IMG/VR virus record: IMGVR_UViG_3300032310_000219
Span: 1-29,418 of that record
Length of the DNA: 29,418 bases
From: a virus
Taxonomy: Duplodnaviria > Caudoviricetes
Strand: one strand, 5' to 3'
A program made the position numbers and the translations under genes. The notes beneath the pieces were generated by a model, which worked only from the letters and a program-made list of their open reading frames with translations, had not been told where the DNA came from and made no database searches. This document shows, piece after piece, positions 26,806 to 29,418 of the stretch (position 1 is its first letter; the number at the start of each line of letters is the position of its first letter).

Positions 26806-27983
26806 CGCTTGATCAAGTTTTAAAAATACTGATACAACAAATAAAAACTGTTGACTACAAAATTCCGGCAAAGGATAGGCGAATTCTTATTAGCTTAGCC
26901 AGTCAACTTGACCAAGGCCATTTTTTAACCGAAAATCAGGCAAATTTATTGGTTAAAATTTTAAAAGAAAATGAAAAGACAGTTGTGGTTGAAGGTGTTA
27001 ACCTAACTGAAGACCTAAAGTTAGTTGAGTGGTCTCAACCATTTCGAGTCATTGAGCATATTCGCAAAATTTACTTAAACTCAGCCCACCCGGACCTCAT
27101 TTTTGTGGAATTTACCCATGACAAGAGGTTAAAAAATAAACTGTTGTCTCTCAACGGAAAATTGTCAGGCAGTGTTACTTCGATATCACCGAAGGTGAAT
27201 GCCGTATTGTTTTGTGAAAAGAACATTCGGTTAGTGGTAAAGGAATTTGCTAATGACAATTTTGTAATTGATGAAAAAATAGTGAATTTTGACCAAGAAA
27301 TTCGAAAAATACTGAAAACTAATAATAACCCATTTAACATATTTCAATTAGAAAATACCGCAGTTAAAAAACTTATTGAAGAAGAGGTAGGACCAATTAC
27401 GTATGATAACCTATTGTTGTTGCACGATCGAAAATTGCGATACCAGTATGAAATTTCCGAAAAAATCACCGAAAAATCACTAACTGCTGACATTGCCCAA
27501 CGACAGTCAACCAGAATTTTTATCGACAGTAACGCAGTTTCATTAGTGGCATTACTTAAAAGTATTAAGGAACTTCACCGGTTCCCATTACTAATTATAT
27601 TTGATGGTCATAATTCAAAAACTGACAAAAAAACACTAAATTTACTGGCAGAAGCAATAACAGCCAACGACTTGGATGATAAGGTTGGGATTTATTTTAG
27701 ATTTACTCAATCATCAGATCTTTCAAACTTTAATGCCACTGTAGGTGAATTAAAGTATAATAAGAAATTAGACTCTACGACTACTATAGTAGGTATAGCC
27801 AACAACAAAATACCGAAATTTTTGGTAAATTTAAACTGGAAACCTAACAGCATAATTTCATTCACTGCAAATTTTAAAAACAATAAAAGTTATGTATATT
27901 TTTCAGATATTGACTTATCAATTTATTATGCCGATCGGCAACCACTCAGTGGGGGTATAGATGCAGTGCAAATTAGTCATTAA
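26802..27983 (+). CDS. Hypothetical protein
   Basis: 393-aa Lys/Asn/Ile-rich ORF coupled to uvsY and overlapping the uvsW start. No motif recognised. Confidence 0.65.
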   Translation: MTLDQVLKILIQQIKTVDYKIPAKDRRILISLASQLDQGHFLTENQANLLVKILKENEKTVVVEGVNLTEDLKLVEWSQPFRVIEHIRKIYLNSAHPDLIFVEFTHDKRLKNKLLSLNGKLSGSVTSISPKVNAVLFCEKNIRLVVKEFANDNFVIDEKIVNFDQEIRKILKTNNNPFNIFQLENTAVKKLIEEEVGPITYDNLLLLHDRKLRYQYEISEKITEKSLTADIAQRQSTRIFIDSNAVSLVALLKSIKELHRFPLLIIFDGHNSKTDKKTLNLLAEAITANDLDDKVGIYFRFTQSSDLSNFNATVGELKYNKKLDSTTTIVGIANNKIPKFLVNLNWKPNSIISFTANFKNNKSYVYFSDIDLSIYYADRQPLSGGIDAVQISH

Positions 27984-29418
27984 AGATGAGGTGAATATTA
28001 AGGTAGACGGATTGCCTGTTGAAATACGCAGGAAGTTAGTAAACGCCTTTAAGTTTGAAATACCTTATGCAAAGTACCACCCGGCATATAAACTTGGCAG
28101 GTGGGATGGTCAGACTACATTGTTCGGCATGGGCGGTAATGGCTATATTAATCAACTACCTAAGATCTTAGAAATTTTAGAAAACTCTGGTGTGCATGTA
28201 GATAGTATTGAAGATCTTAGACATCCTACTAATTTGTCTTTCACTAAGGTTACTGAGTCATACTGGGCTGACCAGGGTAAGACATGGCCAGTGGGACATC
28301 CTAACGCTGGCACACCTATCATGCTTCGTGACTATCAAGTAGATACAATTAATAACTTTCTTGAAAATCCGCAAAGTTTACAAGAAGTTGCCACTGGTGC
28401 AGGTAAAACTATTACCACGGCAACATTAGCACAACTGTGTGAACCATTCGGTAGAACTATTGTAATTGTTCCTAACAAATCGTTAGTTGAACAAACAGAG
28501 GAAGACTTTGTTAACGTAGATCTTGATGTTGGTGTATACTATGGTGACCGTAAAGATCTAAATAGAACGCATACTATATGCACTTGGCAAAGCCTTAACA
28601 TCCTTGATAAAAAATCTAAAAATCTCGAGCATGATATTTTAACTCTTGCAGAATTTCTTGAAGGAGTTAAGACTGTTATTGTTGACGAAGTACATATGGC
28701 CAAAGCTGAAGTATTGAAAAATCTACTTACACAGAACTTAGCCAACGCACCTATCAGGTGGGGATTAACCGGCACAGTTCCTAAAGAAGCATTTGAATTT
28801 GAACAAATATTTGCCAGCATTGGTCCAGTAGTAGGTGGCATCAAAGCACACGAACTTCAGGAAAAAGGAGTGTTAAGTAATTGCCATGTTAACATTACAC
28901 AGCTGGTCGATGTACTGGAATTTAAAGCCTACGCCGACGAATTAAAATACTTAGTAACTGACGAAGATCGCATGATCTTCATTAGTAAGATGATAAAAGG
29001 AATTTCTGATAGCGGGAATACTCTTGTTCTTGTTAATAGAATTGATTCGGGAAAATTTATTGTTAATGAACTCGAAGATGCCGTATTTGTATCCGGCGCA
29101 GTAAAAACTAAAGATAGAAAAGAAGAATATGACGAAATTAGAACAAGTACTAATAAGGTTATTGTGGCGACTTACGGTGTGGCCGCTGTTGGTATTAATA
29201 TCCCAAGGATTTTTAATCTGGTTCTTCTTGAACCCGGAAAGAGCTTTGTCCGCGTTATACAAAGTATTGGGCGAGGCATTAGAAAAGCGGAAGACAAGGA
29301 CTTCGTACAAATCTGGGACTTAACCAGTACGTGTAAGTATGCAAAACGACATCTTACACAACGTAAAAAGTTTTACAAAGAAGCAAAATATCCGTTTACC
29401 ATAGATAAAGTTGATTGG
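27961..29418 (+). CDS. uvsW: SF2 DNA helicase UvsW, 3'-truncated at the window edge (not in ORF track)
   Basis: Reads MQCKLVIKDEVNIKVDG...YHPAYKLGRWDG...LRDYQ...ATGAGKT (Walker A)...IVDEVH (Walker B)...GLTGT...QSIGRGIRK...HLTQRKKFYKEAKYPF. Open to the end of the window. Confidence 0.92.
   Translation, partial: MQCKLVIKDEVNIKVDGLPVEIRRKLVNAFKFEIPYAKYHPAYKLGRWDGQTTLFGMGGNGYINQLPKILEILENSGVHVDSIEDLRHPTNLSFTKVTESYWADQGKTWPVGHPNAGTPIMLRDYQVDTINNFLENPQSLQEVATGAGKTITTATLAQLCEPFGRTIVIVPNKSLVEQTEEDFVNVDLDVGVYYGDRKDLNRTHTICTWQSLNILDKKSKNLEHDILTLAEFLEGVKTVIVDEVHMAKAEVLKNLLTQNLANAPIRWGLTGTVPKEAFEFEQIFASIGPVVGGIKAHELQEKGVLSNCHVNITQLVDVLEFKAYADELKYLVTDEDRMIFISKMIKGISDSGNTLVLVNRIDSGKFIVNELEDAVFVSGAVKTKDRKEEYDEIRTSTNKVIVATYGVAAVGINIPRIFNLVLLEPGKSFVRVIQSIGRGIRKAEDKDFVQIWDLTSTCKYAKRHLTQRKKFYKEAKYPFTIDKVDW

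Noticed and set aside
87-29323. Many short antisense or alternate-frame ORFs (e.g. 1593-1892, 7929-8270, 12312-12701, 14720-15097, 28539-28844, 28951-29310, 29129-29323)
   Set aside because: All lie within well-supported genes, lack motifs or RBS, and are expected shadows of codon bias.
19203-29418. Inteins or introns in TerL, UvsX or UvsW
   Set aside because: Lengths are normal, motifs are contiguous, and no splice-junction motifs were seen.

Overview
This window is part of a large T4-like (Tevenvirinae-related or jumbo) myovirus genome. It is AT-rich, uses the standard genetic code and is almost fully coding. Left end: a 5'-truncated tail fibre/adhesin, three LamG (concanavalin-A-like) lectin genes and a small fibre-associated gene. 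Middle: a NUDIX hydrolase, neck/tail-completion genes (gp15- and gp14-like on the minus strand, gp13-like divergent), a basic DUF6321-like protein, dNMP kinase, a degenerate HNH/Zn protein, an enlarged tail sheath, tail tube, a tube-like baseplate protein, gp4-like head completion nuclease, small and large terminase, and several acidic putative head-internal proteins. Right end: a radical SAM/SPASM gene, then gp32 SSB, UvsX, UvsY and a 3'-truncated UvsW that the ORF track missed. The most notable non-coding signal is a T4-late-type (A/T/C)TAA(A/G)TA promoter motif. It sits only 4-7 nt before the ATG of six genes, suggesting leaderless late mRNAs, and two copies form a perfect 18-bp palindromic bidirectional promoter between the neck genes. 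There is also a composite sigma70/late promoter overlapped by a hairpin before SSB, and an 11-bp tandem repeat beside the HNH/Zn gene. I found no CRISPR array, tRNA, intron/intein, DGR or mobile element. All product calls come from motif recognition, not database searches.
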